From the NCBI GenBank assembly GCA_951406725.2, contig OX597815.1, positions 170,748,001 to 170,812,000 of the forward strand: DNA of 64,000 nucleotides. Reading direction: 5' to 3'. The position numbers and the translations under genes were made by a program. The stretch is from Octopus vulgaris (Eukaryota). Positions 39,700 through 51,130 of the stretch are shown here, in pieces; the first letter of the stretch is position 1; each line of letters starts with the position of its first letter. The notes below the pieces were generated by a model, which saw nothing but the letters and a program-made list of their open reading frames with translations, had not been told where the DNA came from and did no database searches.

Positions 39700-42499
39700 T
39701 CTATCTCCCTCTCTCTATCTATCTTTCTGTCTACCAGCATCGGCAAGATATAACATTTGGATAAAATTACAAAAACGACGGAGAAGGAATATCTATGAAA
39801 TATACTGATCAGTTAATTTTTACCAGTCAGTTGAGTTAATATATTTTAGATACATTCTACTTTCTGTGTGCGCTCAGCACAAATATAATACCCTGTATGT
39901 GAATAACAATCCAATTTTGGTTTTATTCAAGCCTTGTAGAAGTTCAGCACTATATTTTTTCTTGAAATCGAACTCGGCATCTACTCCTTGTAATGTCTCC
40001 AACAAATTCCACTTTAACGATTCCTGTAATTCGTTAAGTGTATTATTTCTATGATTCAAATGAAATATTTAGCTTCCATTTATCGGATTGTTGATGGAAA
40101 TCACATTTAACTTGACCGTACAGATAATGAGTTTTTTGTTTTTTTTATTAAATAGCAAACTGCTTTAAAATGTAGCTAGCTTACGTCAAGCGTAACTACT
40201 GACGAAACTGAAATATGATGAAATTTTAATTATGCAACCCGAATCACTCACTCCGAACCCTTTAAGTTCCACATTATTGCCTTCAGTATATCAATCGATA
40301 GGGTTAGACTGTCAGATCTATGAGGCGTTTAGAACGGAGTAATGTATTTTACCATCTCTTCATATCAGCTCTTCAAATTCAATAAAAATTTGTTAATAAA
40401 TGTAAACTCTATTTTTAGCATGTAGTTTAAAATTATGTGATTAATTGCATAATATTACATTCATAATTAATGACCAATTGACGCCCGATATTATAACACA
40501 TCTCACCAACCATCAACAATTTCTTCGACACATTTCATATAATTGTCATACAATATATAACAAAATCCACACAATACACGTTTCACATACTCAACCCGAT
40601 CTCTACTTGGCACTAAAGCACATTACACGATTTACACAACATAATCGAAACACAGACACCATTCAATAAAAAAAGGAAGCTACAATGATCAGCCTGTTAA
40701 AATAACAGCCAACTTTTCTTCAAATCACTCAGCTATATCAAAAATACAGAATATTTTCTCATGGAATGGCTTCGATAAGTCAGCTTAGAGTTCAACCTGT
40801 GCCAAACAACAACTCATAGCAAACATATGCTACAAAGCAAACAGATGTAATAACAGACACATATAAACAAAACAGTATAGCATAAAAGCACAAATCTTAC
40901 AGTCCCCGAAATGCAATACCGCGCACACCCATCAAATCACGACGGTGCATCTAGAAGCGCAGAACAAGTTTCCAATAAACTGCGAAATATGCCGCTACTG
41001 TTGTTGTTAGCATTAATGGTGGTGCCTTTAAAAACAGCTTACAAACAGCTTTCGTGTGTAATACAATAAATGATAGAAATTTAGTTACTACTATACAAAT
41101 GTAATGGACAAAGTTACATAAAAACGGGTGAGAGGTGAGGACGCTATACAGTGGATGGGTTAAACACTTGATTTGTGACATGGAATAGGTATGAAATTAT
41201 GTAAGAATACGCTATAATTCAAACAAGGTTTATTATATGAAAACTATTTAGGGCTGTTCACCCATATACGGTGAGAAACTCTAGCTAGCTGGGTCAAAGC
41301 ACCTCCAGGGCACTGATCATTTTCACGATACCCTAACACTTTTCAGATACCAAAACTGTACGATGCCAAAATAGCCCTTGAGAAGTTCAGGCACTGGAGC
41401 GGACCAGAAAGTGCCCACAGGTCGATGACTCTCTGGGTACCGGGGTTTGCTGATCTCCTTTCTGCTATACATCTCTAGCTTATCAGGACAACCATAACAA
41501 CTGGGTTTTTTTCTACCCAGCAGCATTATAACCATACTTTTCATTTCTATCTTAAATCTCCGATATGGTTCTGAGGTTTTCAGAAGCCATTAAGACAAAT
41601 AAAATAGCAAGAAGGGTTTTCAGAATTTCAGTTATATTTCCTTACTATGTCCTGCTTATAAAGACCCGGCAAAATGTCTCACAGGTCCCTTTAGTTGGCG
41701 AGTATATTTTTCCACCTCCTGAAAAGAGTCTATTCCAATTACTGTCTTGCGAGCGATGGAGACCTTGCTATTTTGTTTGAATTCGATTGAAGTAGCTGTT
41801 CTCTTCAAATCTTAGATATGCTTTTTAAACAAGGATAAACATTACGACTCACTATATTTTTGTCAGATTGCTTGTTTTCGCGTAAGTTTGGTCATGTACA
41901 ATATACCTTTTTTTTTTTCTTGGAGCTTTAACAACATAGCTTAATTTCATGAAGAATATCTCTTTATATTTTCACTCGCTGTGTGTTTGAGTAAACTCGT
42001 TGTACTTTTTGTTGTTGATGTTGTTGTTACTAACAGAATTAATCACAAAATGTGGTGATGCTGTCAGTATTTATGTATTGTTTTGTTTTCGTATATTGAA
42101 CTAGACGTGTTTGTGAATTTAATATTTTTTTATTTTCCTCTTGTTCTATTCGTCAAATGCATTGTAATCATTTTTAGTGTCAGTGATGGTGGTGGTGGTA
42201 GTGGTAGTGGTACCTTCCTGCTTATTGTTGTTTTTGTTGCAGACGCCATTTTCTAAGTGTATTTCAAGAAGGAATATAAATAAGATGTCTACAAAACTTC
42301 AAGAAGATTGTATAAGAATACCTTTGGGTGTTCCTAATCAGATTCTCTTGTGAAATATCGAAACAGCTTTCATTCAGTAACAACTCAAAACGACAGAATT
42401 TGCTAAAACATAACTTGTCAGGCCAGGAAACAAAAATAATAACAGCAATTACAAATTTAAAAAAAATTTTGTTAAATAACAATTCTTTCTAATTTGTTC

Positions 42500-43066
42500 A
42501 CAAGGTCAGCAATTTTGAGGGAAGAAGGAAACCGGTTACATTGATTCCAGTGCTGAAATATTACCTATTTTATCGGCCCTGAAAGAATGAAAGGTAATGT
42601 TGACCAACAAAAGCCTGCTGAGCATTTTCTCCGATGAGGTAACAATTTTTAATTTCTTTATTTCCCACAAGGGGCTAAACACAGAGGGGGCAAACAAGGA
42701 CAGACAAAGGAACTAAGTCGATTACATCGACCCCAGTGCAAAACTGGTACTTAATTTATCGACCCCGAAAGGATGACAGGCAAAGTCGACCTCAGCGGAA
42801 TTTGAACCCAGAACGTAACGGCAGTCGAAATACCTATTTCTTTACTACCCACAAGGGGTTAAACACACAGAGGACAAACAAGGACAGACAAACGGATTAA
42901 GTCGATTACATCGACCCCAGTGCGTAACTTATACTTAATTTATCGACCCTGAAAGGATGAGAAGCAAAGTCGACCTCGGCGAAATTTGAACTCAGAACGT
43001 AATGGCAGACGAAATACCGCTAAGCATTTCACCCGGCCTGCTAACGTTTCTGCCAGCTCGCTGCCT
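42500..43066 (-). mobile_element. SINE family A, tandem multimer
   Basis: Repeated CCCACAAGGGG..GTCGATTACATCGACCCCAGTGC..GAATTTGAAC units with a period of about 185 bp. Confidence 0.88.
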
Positions 43067-43454
43067 TTGGTGAGGTAACGATTTTGCCAGATTGCTGCCT
43101 CGTTGTTTCTCATATAGGCACAAAACAGGCAATCTGGGAGAGAAAGAGGTTAGTCTATTACATCATTCCTAGTGCTTCACTGCGACTTTATTTTAGTGAT
43201 TCCAGAGGAACGAAAAGTAAAGTTGATCACGAAGAAATTTGAACTCAGAACATAAAGATCCGGACACTCTAACGAATTTTACCAGTTTACCGCCTAATAT
43301 AATATTGGTTCAAATTTCGGCACAAGGCCAGTAATTTCGAGGCCGATAAAAAAAAAGTATCAGTGAAGTATTGGGCTCAATGGAGTCAACTTATTAGCTA
43401 CCATCAAAATTGCTGTCCTTGTACTTATATTAGAAACTTTTATTATTATACAAG

Positions 43455-43755
43455 TCGGCGACTTTCTGAGTTCAATCTCCACCGAGGTTAACTTTACCTT
43501 TCAACCTTTCGGTCTTGATATAAGTAGTACAAGTTGAACAGTGGAGTCCATGTAATCGACTTAGCCCCTGCCCTGAAACATCAGGCCTTGTGCCTATAGT
43601 AGAAAGGAATATTATAAAAGACAGCGGCCTAGCACAATCGTTAGCATGCCGGGCAAAATTCCTAGCGATATTTCGTCTGTTTTTACGTTCTGTGTTCAAA
43701 TCCCTCCGAGGTCGACTTTGCTTTTCATCCTATCGGGGTCAATTAAATAACTACA
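43455..43755 (+). mobile_element. SINE family A fragments
   Basis: TTCTGAGTTCAA..CCGAGGT..CTTT(C)A.CCTTTCGG motifs occur twice. Confidence 0.75.
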
Positions 43756-44040
43756 AGTAAAGTCAATACAATCTGAGTTAATGATTATCACACACTGATG
43801 TCGGATTACTACCTAGAAACTCGGGTCTGTGTGTATCACGTAAGGCTAGAGGTGGGAACGATGATTTTACTTCGCAGATGCTAATCGGACACAGACAGTG
43901 TGGCATTAGCTAGCTGGAGGAAATGTCTTCCTGGGGCTAAAAACAACGGTAGCAACGTCCTCTATGGGACAGACACATTTAGTTGGCAATTATATTTTAC
44001 GATTCCGTACTGCTAACATTTACTTCTATATATATATGTA

Positions 44041-44350
44041 GGCGCAGACGTGGCTGTTTGGTAAGAAACTTGCTTCCCAACCACATGGTTTTTGTGTTCA
44101 GTCCCACTGCATGGCACCTTAGGCAAATGTTTTCTACTCTAGCTTCGGGTTAACCAAAACCTTGTGAGTGGATTTGGCAAACGGAAACTGAAAGAAACCC
44201 AACGGGTATATGTGTCTGTATGTGTGTGTTCGTCCCCCTACCATCGGTTGACAACCAAGGTTGGTATGTTTACGTCCCTGATACTGGCCGTTCAGCAAAA
44301 GAGATCGATAGAATAAGTCCTAGGTTTATAAAGAATAAGTCCTGGGATCA
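44041..44350 (+). mobile_element. SINE family B
   Basis: GGCGCAGACGTGGCTG..GGTAAG head and GGATTTGGCAAACGGAAACTGAAAGAA body. Confidence 0.85.
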
Positions 44351-44354
44351 ATAT

Positions 44355-44975
44355 CTATTATGGCCGTTCCTTTATTGTTGATGTTGAACTTAAAAATGGT
44401 CTATGACTATTTTAATTTTTTCCTACTAGGCCGCTGGTGGCAAAAGAATCCTACAAAATTTTTTTTTGCCACCCTATATTGATTAATTATGAATTTTCTG
44501 GTTAATTCCGTAATGGAATCGACGGCTTATATTTATTTGCTGCCGATAAATTTGGCGCGAATGCGACGATTTGAAAATTTTAGGTCAGATATAAACTTGG
44601 CAACGTCGGAAATGCCTCGTGAAAATATCTGTTCCGTCTTGGGCTATTTCTTACTGAGGAATCTGAGGGCCTGTGGAAGATTGGCTTGATTTAATTTAAT
44701 CAGGTTAGTTTACCATTAATCAGCAGATGAAACGGTATATCGTATAAGAAATTACAGGGTAAATGTTTTTAAATTTTCTCCTGGTTTACTGAATTAACTT
44801 TTATTTGCGGTTGAAGCTTTGGCTGTTATTTCTAGTAGGTGAATGGCCTATTATGGCCGTTCCTTTATTGTTGATGTTGAACTTAAAAATGGTCTATGAC
44901 TATTTTAATTTTTTCCTACTAGGCCGCTGGTGGCAAAGAATCCTACAAAATTTTTTTTTGCCACCCTATATTGAT

Positions 44976-44978
<3 letters not shown>
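44355..44978 (+). mobile_element. Terminally redundant 493-bp-period element carrying a hammerhead (retrozyme/pLTR-like)
   Basis: 131-132-bp direct repeats at 44355-44486 and 44848-44978, hammerhead in the unique middle, followed by (TA)n(GA)n. Confidence 0.8.
44646..44752 (+). ncRNA. Type I hammerhead ribozyme (fully canonical core)
   Basis: ATTTCTTA-CTGAGGA-ATCTG..CAGAT-GAAA-CGGTATATCG-TA-TAAGAAAT. 8-bp stem I, 5-bp stem II with a hairpin insert, predicted cleavage after A44744. Confidence 0.85.
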
Positions 44979-45047
<69 letters not shown>

Positions 45048-45085
45048 TATATTTTCTATTAAATAGACAGATTGATAAATCGATC

Positions 45086-45163
<78 letters not shown>

Positions 45164-46099
45164 CAGATGTGTATTTCATTGTGCTTGTGCTTGTTCCCCA
45201 CACGCTTGACAACCGGTGAAACTTCTTTCACGTTCCCATTAGCTAGCCTTTAGTCAAATGCGGTAGAGTAAGTATCAGACTTAAATATAAGTACTTTGAC
45301 CGATTTGTTGGACTAAAAACTTCAAGGTGATACTGTCGCATGGCCAGTGTCCATCGACTGAAAAGCAGGAAGAGATAACTGATAAATTACTGTAAAATAA
45401 ATGTCATCTGTGTGGTATATTTTCTGAAACAGTGCAACATACTGAATTAGGGTGTCCTACACTGTGTTCTGTGAAATATAGTTAGAGACGAATTAACAGA
45501 GTAAACTTACACTGCATACACTCCACTTACTTTCACTCCTTCGAGAAGCAAGTCTTTGAAACCTAGACAGACAAATAGTAAAGAAAATGTACGCCTGACC
45601 TTTTTCTATTTGAAAAATGACAATAGTTCATTCATAACCTACTTCTCAATAACATACAGAGAAAATGTTGCGCAGAAGTGAAATGCAAAGCTAATAAATA
45701 TAGCGATAGAATCAATTCATCAACTCATTTATAGATAGTACAATTGGAATTCTAGACCACTATGTCAGTGATAATGTTGACAGATTGTCTGTTTGGAAAG
45801 CTTAAGAGCTTTCTAGGAAATGGCAACTGTCGGATCTGTAATTATTATTAGGAAATCCTGGTACAGAATTTATATGTATGTTTTACTGTGAACTTCAAGA
45901 TACAGAAAATTATTGTTGATATCAGCAACTTTTGTAGTATTCCTCACTCCCGGAATAAAGGTACATATCGCAACTCCTCCACTTTATCCTCCTCCTCCTC
46001 CTTCTTCTTTTCATTTACAAAATCAAATAAAGTTATGCAGAAAGATCCATCCCTCTCCGCCCACTATTCCTAGGAAGTCCGTGAGAGTAGAATCCCCAA

Positions 46100-46790
46100 G
46101 GATCTCCTCCACAGGAGAATGGTTCTTATTAGAAGTAGCCATTTTGAGACTTTCCGGATGAATTTCCAAGTGTGACGAACTGAGACTACGGATATCCAAT
46201 CATCTCGTTTTTGGTTTATCCATAGCTCTTCTGTCAGTTGGCTTGGCTTGAAGAATTGGACTTGGCGATACGTTTAATCTGCAGCATTCTAATCACATGT
46301 CCGTAGTACCAAAGCTGTTACCCCTCAATGCTGAGAGATAGAGGCTCTACCTGGGAGGCAGTGGTACTCCCTGATCTTCGAGCTACGCATTCTGTTGAGT
46401 AACGTTACTCCAGAGACCTTTTAGTGGAAATTCATTCTGGCCGCTTCTATTCGCAACCCTACTTTGTCAGTCACCACCCAACATTATTAATACGCTGTGA
46501 TGGAGTGGATCCATCGGGCTGTAATTCTTATGAAAACCCGCTAGCTCCCTCGGTCGATTGTCATGGACATGTTTTGATAGTCTGGTGTATACAGCTTAAA
46601 AAGTTGAGACAAGAGGCTTATGAGTAGATAGTTTCTTAATTCTTCTTTATCACCCATCTTATAAAGAAAATTGGGTTCGACTCTTTCCACAGCGTGTTTA
46701 ATTTACTCGCCTAAATGTAGCGATTGAAGTGTAGGACGTGGGATTTTCGCAACTTTTCACCTCTGCATCTTAAGTTTGTTCTTAATATTA
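46100..46790 (-). mobile_element. Decayed RTE-clade LINE (RT N-terminal part joined to C-terminal part)
   Basis: Minus strand reads WKESNPI..KMGDKEELRNYLLISLLSQLFKLYT..PRELAGFHKNYSPMD, then VSGVTLLNRMRSSKIRE..QVEPL..QLWYYGHVIRM..ILQAKPTDRR. Confidence 0.8.
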
Positions 46791-47551
46791 ATAATGATGA
46801 GCACTATTAACCTTTCTGTCCCCCTCCCTTTCTCAGCCTTCGCTCTTTCTGGTTTCCTTTTCTTCTACCTTACTGTCTCTCCCTCCCTCTCTCTCATTCT
46901 TCGTTCTTTCTGGTTTCCACTACAACCATTCCCTTTTTTCTCTCCCTTTCTGTCCTCCTCCTCTGTCCCGTCGCTGGTCAGCGACGAGAAAACTACTGTC
47001 TTTCTGACCTCACTTCCTTCGAGTGTAGACGGCTTTTCTGTGCTTCCTTCGCCGTTCTCATAAAAAGGCGTTCGTAATATTTTCTCTCGCTTGGCTTAAC
47101 AGCCCTCCTTGTCTGTGTTACTGTTATTGTCCTTGTCCTGACTTTTACTGTTTATATTTTGTACTGTCTTTACTGTCCTGTTTTTGTTACCATTTTTACC
47201 CCTCTGCAAAAAAATCTCAAATTTTTAATTTGCTTTTTGCGGGAAGGAATTTTTCACCGAAGTCGTGTCTCGCGGAGTAGATGAAACAGAGGCGACTGAA
47301 GAAGGGGAATTTTCCTTGTGTTCTATGTCCTGTACTCTATTTTTTCGTTGTTTAAGAAAAATGTCAATTTCCTTGGTTTTGTGTTTATGTTTTCGCTTCT
47401 CATTGTGTTCGAGGTTTTTTTTTTGGTGTCCTGTACCCATATATGCATGTAGATGTAGGTACGTACATATATGTATGTATATATGCATATGTTTTATTTA
47501 TCAATTTGTTTTATACAACAGAACGCACGCATCCATTTCTAAGTAAGTTTG

Positions 47552-47594
<43 letters not shown>

Positions 47595-47596
47595 TA

Positions 47597-47765
47597 CGAC
47601 TGGCTTCTTTCAGTTTCCGTCTACCAAATCCACTCACAAGGCTGTGGTCGGCCCGAGGCTATAGTAGAAGGCACTTGCCCAAGGGGCCACGCAGTGGGAA
47701 TGAACCCGCTTACAAACCATGTAGTTGGTAAGCAAGCTACTTACCACATAGCCACTCCTGCGCCT
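47597..47765 (-). mobile_element. SINE family B
   Basis: Reverse complement of the GGCGCAGGAGTGGCT..GGAAACTGAAAGAAGCC consensus. Confidence 0.88.
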
Positions 47766-48900
47766 ACTCGAAAAGAGGGACATTATTTCTTACCACCATG
47801 TAATTTAAAATTAAAAAAAAAAATATTGACAGGTTCTCATTAAAATTAGAAGAAAACAAAACTAAATGTAAATATAGATGCGATAAAACAAAAAAGTAAA
47901 ACTAAGGCAGAAGAAAACTTTTTTAAAACTCTTATAATAAATTGCAATTCTAATTAATTTCATTATAAAACCGAAGTAAAACGGAGAGTAAAGAATACTC
48001 AGATGAGAGATGTGTTATATTCATAATGTCTGCTACCTTAGAAAAGTCGATAGAAGGTAATAACGATATCATTAGTGAACATTTTCAGTTTTTCATAATT
48101 ATTTTTCTGTAGTTTTTAACATATTCAACTTATTACTCTTTCTCAAGACACGAAACAAATTAACCTTGTCATCGCTTCCTTTGTGTAAGGTTATTTAACG
48201 GCAAACTCAAACTAGTAACGTTACTAGTATGAGGGTTAATAAATAAATATAATGAATAAATAAATAAAGACTAAGGAAATTCGTGACGAAATATAATAAA
48301 CTTCAAAACGGAAGCCAGTTAATCAAACGGCAAGACGATTACTGATTAACTTCTTACATAACAACTTTGATAGAGCAGAGGTAAGGAAAACAACCTATCA
48401 CTTTTTGATCAGTATTGCGCCGATTAACTTTGAAATAATTCTGTACCGGATTTGACGCAACACTTTTCGCTCTGAGACAATAGATGCCATCAGAGACAAG
48501 AATCCAGGAAGAATTGGATTTGAAATTTTCAGTTTGTATTTAATATTTACAAATTTAATTCATTTTCCACATTACAACTAATCAAATCTATCAATTTGAT
48601 CTGAACGAAACCCTGAACTGAGCATAAAAATAAAAATAAAAAAGATTTTTCTCACGATGATTAAATCTCTTTAATGCCCGTTCGTTAGCTATATAACTTC
48701 ACGAGAGAAACCAAATCCAAATCCAAATCCAATAACAAAATGCACAACAGAACTTAAGATTGAATTCTTCACTTTAATGACGTATATATTTCTACCTTTA
48801 TCTTGTAAAATTACGAACTAGCCACCCATATTATTTATAATTTACACGTTTACCATTTATGAAATCAGCGTATGATTTCAACAGAAATCTTTTAAGCTAA

Positions 48901-49030
48901 CAAGGCGAGATGAGTTTAACCCTCGGCGCGGTGAGAGCCACCGATGAGCATTAAGATGCGTTAAGCATCAAAATGCGAAATCATCGATGATCAGGCTATA
49001 TCTGCGACCGTGGGGAGCTTGTCTCCCTTG
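48901..49030 (+). ncRNA. Type I hammerhead (CCGAUGA variant) on a long G:U-rich stem I
   Basis: AGCC(A)-CCGATGA-GCATT..AATGC-GAAA-TCATCGATGA-TC-(A)GGCT (48936-48997). Stem I extends out to CAAGG/CCTTG. Confidence 0.75.
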
Positions 49031-49499
49031 CCAGTCATTAAGATAGTGCTTCTGTGGCTACTGAGATGTCTTGACTCTTAAAACATATACACATACGCAC
49101 ATTTACTTTTCTCTCTCCGAATCATGGAATACTTAGCTTTATGTGGAGTTCTTTACTCAATGACATATCCATATGCTTAACTATCTTAGAAACAAGAAGA
49201 TGGAATAAACAGGTTTTAATCACAAATCTCAACAATTGTTTCTGTGCAATGGTAACAGCTGTTAGTTACTGAGTTTCCCATATCATACTATTGCATAAAA
49301 TATTATATAAATAATTACAGAAATATGATGCAGTAGTAGCTGTGTACTGGCACGTCATCATGTGAGTGGCTTTGATTATACTGCTGGAGCATATTCAGTT
49401 CCCCATCGTTTTATATTTTATGATTAAAGTCTGTTCATTCCACTTCGTGTTTTATAAATTTTGATATAAAATCTGCATGCGGTAACGGAATTCCACATA

Positions 49500-49665
49500 G
49501 GCGCAGGAGTGGTTGTGTGGTAAGAAGCTTGCTTCCCAATCACATGATTCCGGGTTCAGCTCCACTTCTTGTCACCTTGGGCAAGTGTTTCCTACTATAG
49601 CCTTAGACCGACCAAAGCTTTGTGAATAGATTTAGTAGACGGAAACTGAAAGAAACCCGTCGTGT
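49500..49665 (+). mobile_element. SINE family B
   Basis: GGCGCAGGAGTGGTTGTGTGGTAAG head. Confidence 0.88.
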
Positions 49666-49856
49666 ATATACCACTAAATCCACAAGTTTTTAAAAAACTT
49701 TCTCTCTATTTATTTCCTAGTGGACCTTTCAGGTGAAGGGCGTAGGCTCAAAACGTTTAAGACTTTCTCACTTTCGTGAGCGTCAAACTAATATACCTGC
49801 TTGTTGTTTATACACCTGTCTTCGTTTTGTTTTTCTGGAAATTTCAACTATAATTT

Positions 49857-50170
49857 CCACTGCGTGGCACCTTGGGCAAGTGTCTTCTACTTTAGCCTCG
49901 GGCCGACCAAAGCCTTGTGAGTGGATTTGGTAGACGGAAACTGAAAGAAGCCTGTCGTATATATGTATATATATGTGTGTGTGTATGTGTTTGTGTGTCT
50001 GTGTTTGTCCCCCTAGCATTACTTGAAGACCGATGCTGGTGTGTTTACCTCCCCGTCACCGATAGAATAAGTACTGGGCTTACAAAGAATAAGTCCCGGG
50101 GTCGATTTTCTCGACTAAAAGGCGTTGCTCCAGCATGGCCGCAGTCAAATGATTGAAACAAGCAAAAGAG
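49857..50170 (+). mobile_element. SINE family B, 5'-truncated
   Basis: CCACTGCGTGGCACCTTGGGCAAGTG through the 3' module CAGCATGGCCGCAGTC. Confidence 0.85.
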
Positions 50171-50177
50171 CAAAAGA

Positions 50178-50257
<80 letters not shown>

Positions 50258-50422
50258 GTTGTATACTGTCAATCTAACAAGAACGTGACAGTAGGGGGTA
50301 CACCACCGCTGTATAGCCCTAGGAAGCATCGAACGCCTCCTGATGGCTTTGACACATTTTTCCCTGTGTCCTTATATACCTATACGAAGGGGAGACAAAC
50401 ACCCCCGGCTGCCGAAACTGCA

Positions 50423-50467
50423 TCTAGGGACACGTGTTTCAGGATCGTTGTCCTTCATCGGCCTAGA
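50423..50467 (-). ncRNA. Type I hammerhead, copy 1
   Basis: Minus strand: TCTAGG-CCGATGA-AGGA-CAACGA-TCCT-GAAA-CACGTG-TC-CCTAGA. Confidence 0.8.
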
Positions 50468-50784
50468 GTAGCAGACACCGGTAAACCGGTGATATTTGTC
50501 TCGACTTCGTAATTGTATATATCTATACTCAGTGAAGTCTATTCACTGATTATCAAAATAAGAAATATTGAATTTCTAAATCTCTCGTAGAGACATGTAC
50601 GGTGGTGGGGCGATAGAATGGTTGTATACTGTCAATCTAACAAGAACGTGACAGTAGGGGGTATACCACCGCTGTATAGCCCTACGAAGCATCGAACGCC
50701 TCCTGATGGCTTTGACACATTTTCCCTGTGTCCTTATATACATATACGAAGGGGAGACAAACACCTCCGGCTGCCGAAACTGCA

Positions 50785-50829
50785 TCTAGGGACACGTGTT
50801 TCAGGATCGTTGTCCTTCATCGGCCTAGA
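50785..50829 (-). ncRNA. Type I hammerhead, copy 2
   Basis: Identical motif 362 nt from copy 1. Confidence 0.8.
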
Positions 50830-51073
50830 GTAGCAGACACCGGTCAACCGGTGATATTTGTCCTAGGGCTATACAGCGATGGTGTACCCCCTACTGTCAC
50901 GTTCTTGTTAGATTGACAGTATACAACCATTCTATCGCCCCACCACCGTACATGTCTCTACGAGAGATTTAGAAATTCAATATTTCTTATTTTGATAATC
51001 AGTGAATAGACTTCACTGAGTATAGATATATACAATTACGAAGTTGAGACAAATATCACCGGTTGACCGGTGT

Positions 51074-51130
51074 CTGCTACTCTAGGCCGATGAAGGACAA
51101 CGATCCTGAAACACGTGTCCCTAGATGCAG
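51074..51130 (+). ncRNA. Type I hammerhead, copy 3 (inverted arm)
   Basis: CTGC-TAC-TCTAGG-CCGATGA-AGGA-CAACGA-TCCT-GAAA-CACGTG-TC-CCTAGA-T-GCAG. GUC cleavage after 51119; stem I extends past an internal loop. Confidence 0.8.

Noticed and set aside
50340-50424. Possible opposite-polarity (ambisense) hammerhead in the 363-bp unit: CTGAT-GGC..GCC-GAAA-CTGCA-TC
   Set aside because: It lacks G8-A9, stem III does not pair and the first stem I pair is mismatched. Too many defects to call.
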